This document shows, one piece after another, positions 62,578 to 64,000 of a stretch of DNA of 64,000 nt; position 1 is the first letter of the stretch, and every line of letters begins with the position of its first letter. Source of the stretch: Styela clava (lineage: Eukaryota). A model generated the notes under the pieces. The model did no database searches. It saw only the letters and a program-made list of their open reading frames with translations, and had not been told where the DNA came from. Both the position numbers and the translations under genes were made by a program. The stretch is taken from contig NC_135258.1 in NCBI RefSeq assembly GCF_964204865.1, positions 19,034,001 to 19,098,000 of the forward strand, written 5' to 3'.

Positions 62578-64000
62578 TTCTAGGTAGATAATTAGGAATT
62601 GGTTAATTGATGATATATTTTAAATGAAACTAATTAGAAATATTAGTGTGCAAAGATGTTTCAGTATAAAAAGTGAAACAAATTAACCATGCAATGAATA
62701 TAACAGTGAATATTCGATGAAAAATACACCAGACAAAAAGAAAGCATAAAGAACAAATCCTAATGATTTAGTGAACGTAGATTTAAATTTAAAAAATATA
62801 TATTTTGGGAATCTGAAAATGTTATGAAGACAAAATTCTTCAACAGTGTTAAATGATTCTTACATATGTTGAAATTAGCTATGTTTATAAATTTGTAAAA
62901 ATTTACTACTGGAGCACTTACACACTGGATGCACGTTCATTACGGTTCTTATTATTTTATATAAAGCTTATAAAGAAATGTATTAATTTAAATAAACCCC
63001 ATACTTCCCCTAACCCAAAATGAATAAACACAAAAATGTAAATAAGATTAAAATTTTAGCTAGCTCTTTCTCATAAGCATTATCTTGGAAAAATAATTCA
63101 TATATTAGTTTATTATTAGTTTTCAAAAAGGCTTTTGGTACTTAAGAAAATACCAAAAAAGGGAGAGCCTGAATGAAATGAGGTAGTTGGAGATGAGAAA
63201 TTGCAGCTTTGATTTCTGAGGCAGAAAAAAACTTAATTAGACCCTAACACAAATCTTATTGATATAGCAGATAGTAGATAGTGAAATAAACCAAATGAGC
63301 AAAATTGGCAAATCAAAGAGATAGTGCGAAAAATAGATAGGTACAGGAAACATGATGAACACATCAAAAATGACAAAACAGGCATTGATTAAAAGTGACA
63401 AAACAAAACAGCAAACACCAACTGGAATTTGAATTACCATATTCTGCACCTGGATTAAAATGAGCAATCATGATTTGGATTGGTAAGTAGCTTTAATATT
63501 TGAAAAAGCGTGAATTAATATGTTAAATATTTTAAAGCATTTGATGCACAATTAGTAACACCCCATTGCAGTTTTATTACTTTATTACATGAAATTACCT
63601 CGATATTCCGAAAAGTAACAAAACAATGATGAGAAAATAAAAGTAATTTTGATTTATTCACCTTGTTTCAGTTTAATTAGAAAATATTTATCATTACAAA
63701 AATAACAGTGATGTATGACAGGTATATTAATTTTAAAATTTCATTTGAAATTCATTTGTAATTATTCAATAAGCTTAACTATTCACCACAATTCCTAAAT
63801 GGGAGTGAGATATATTCCAGAGTGGAATAAAGGCCTAAATATCAGATAAATATGATATATAAAGGGTAACCCAATAAAAAACCCATAAACTTCATAATTA
63901 TTCCTAAGAAAAAAAAAACATTATTCAACACTTGTACTTCTGTTCTCTTGAGAATATTATTCAAAATTTTTGTTTGTTGAATATGACCCAGTATAGAAAA

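Noticed and set aside
63179-63200. let-7-like TGAGGTAGTTGG
   Set aside because: Only the first 12 nt match, and no complementary star arm or hairpin is visible.

Overview
AT-rich, intron-rich eukaryotic genomic DNA with canonical GT-AG introns; probably an invertebrate chordate such as an ascidian (inference only). Four protein-coding loci were assembled by hand. (1) A 13-exon minus-strand gene (9154-23894) for a ~1081-aa secreted protein: signal peptide, 2 trefoil domains, 8 TSP1 repeats with Thr-rich mucin-like spacers, and a C-terminal degenerate VWA domain. (2) A two-exon ~239-aa orphan gene nested antisense in one of its introns (12825-13876). (3) eRF3/GSPT (34006-38073, 6 coding exons). 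(4) The 3' half of an R3-type receptor tyrosine phosphatase (minus strand, TM exon 59811-59928 down to a complex alternatively spliced tail at ~42.8-51.4 kb), convergent with eRF3. Introns and intergenic DNA hold many non-autonomous TEs: hAT elements with intact 8-bp TSDs, a GG-terminated 8-bp-TSD MITE family, Tc1/pogo MITEs, foldbacks, a tRNA-derived SINE and Helentron/HINE-like elements. The most interesting signal is the eRF3 stop codon: TGA-CGG followed by a GC/CpG-rich, potentially structured 35-codon in-frame extension, a candidate autoregulatory stop-codon readthrough element in a release-factor mRNA. A second is the phosphatase 3' region, with apparent internal ATG-bearing first exons and several alternative C-termini. 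All exon coordinates were read by eye and are unverified by transcripts.
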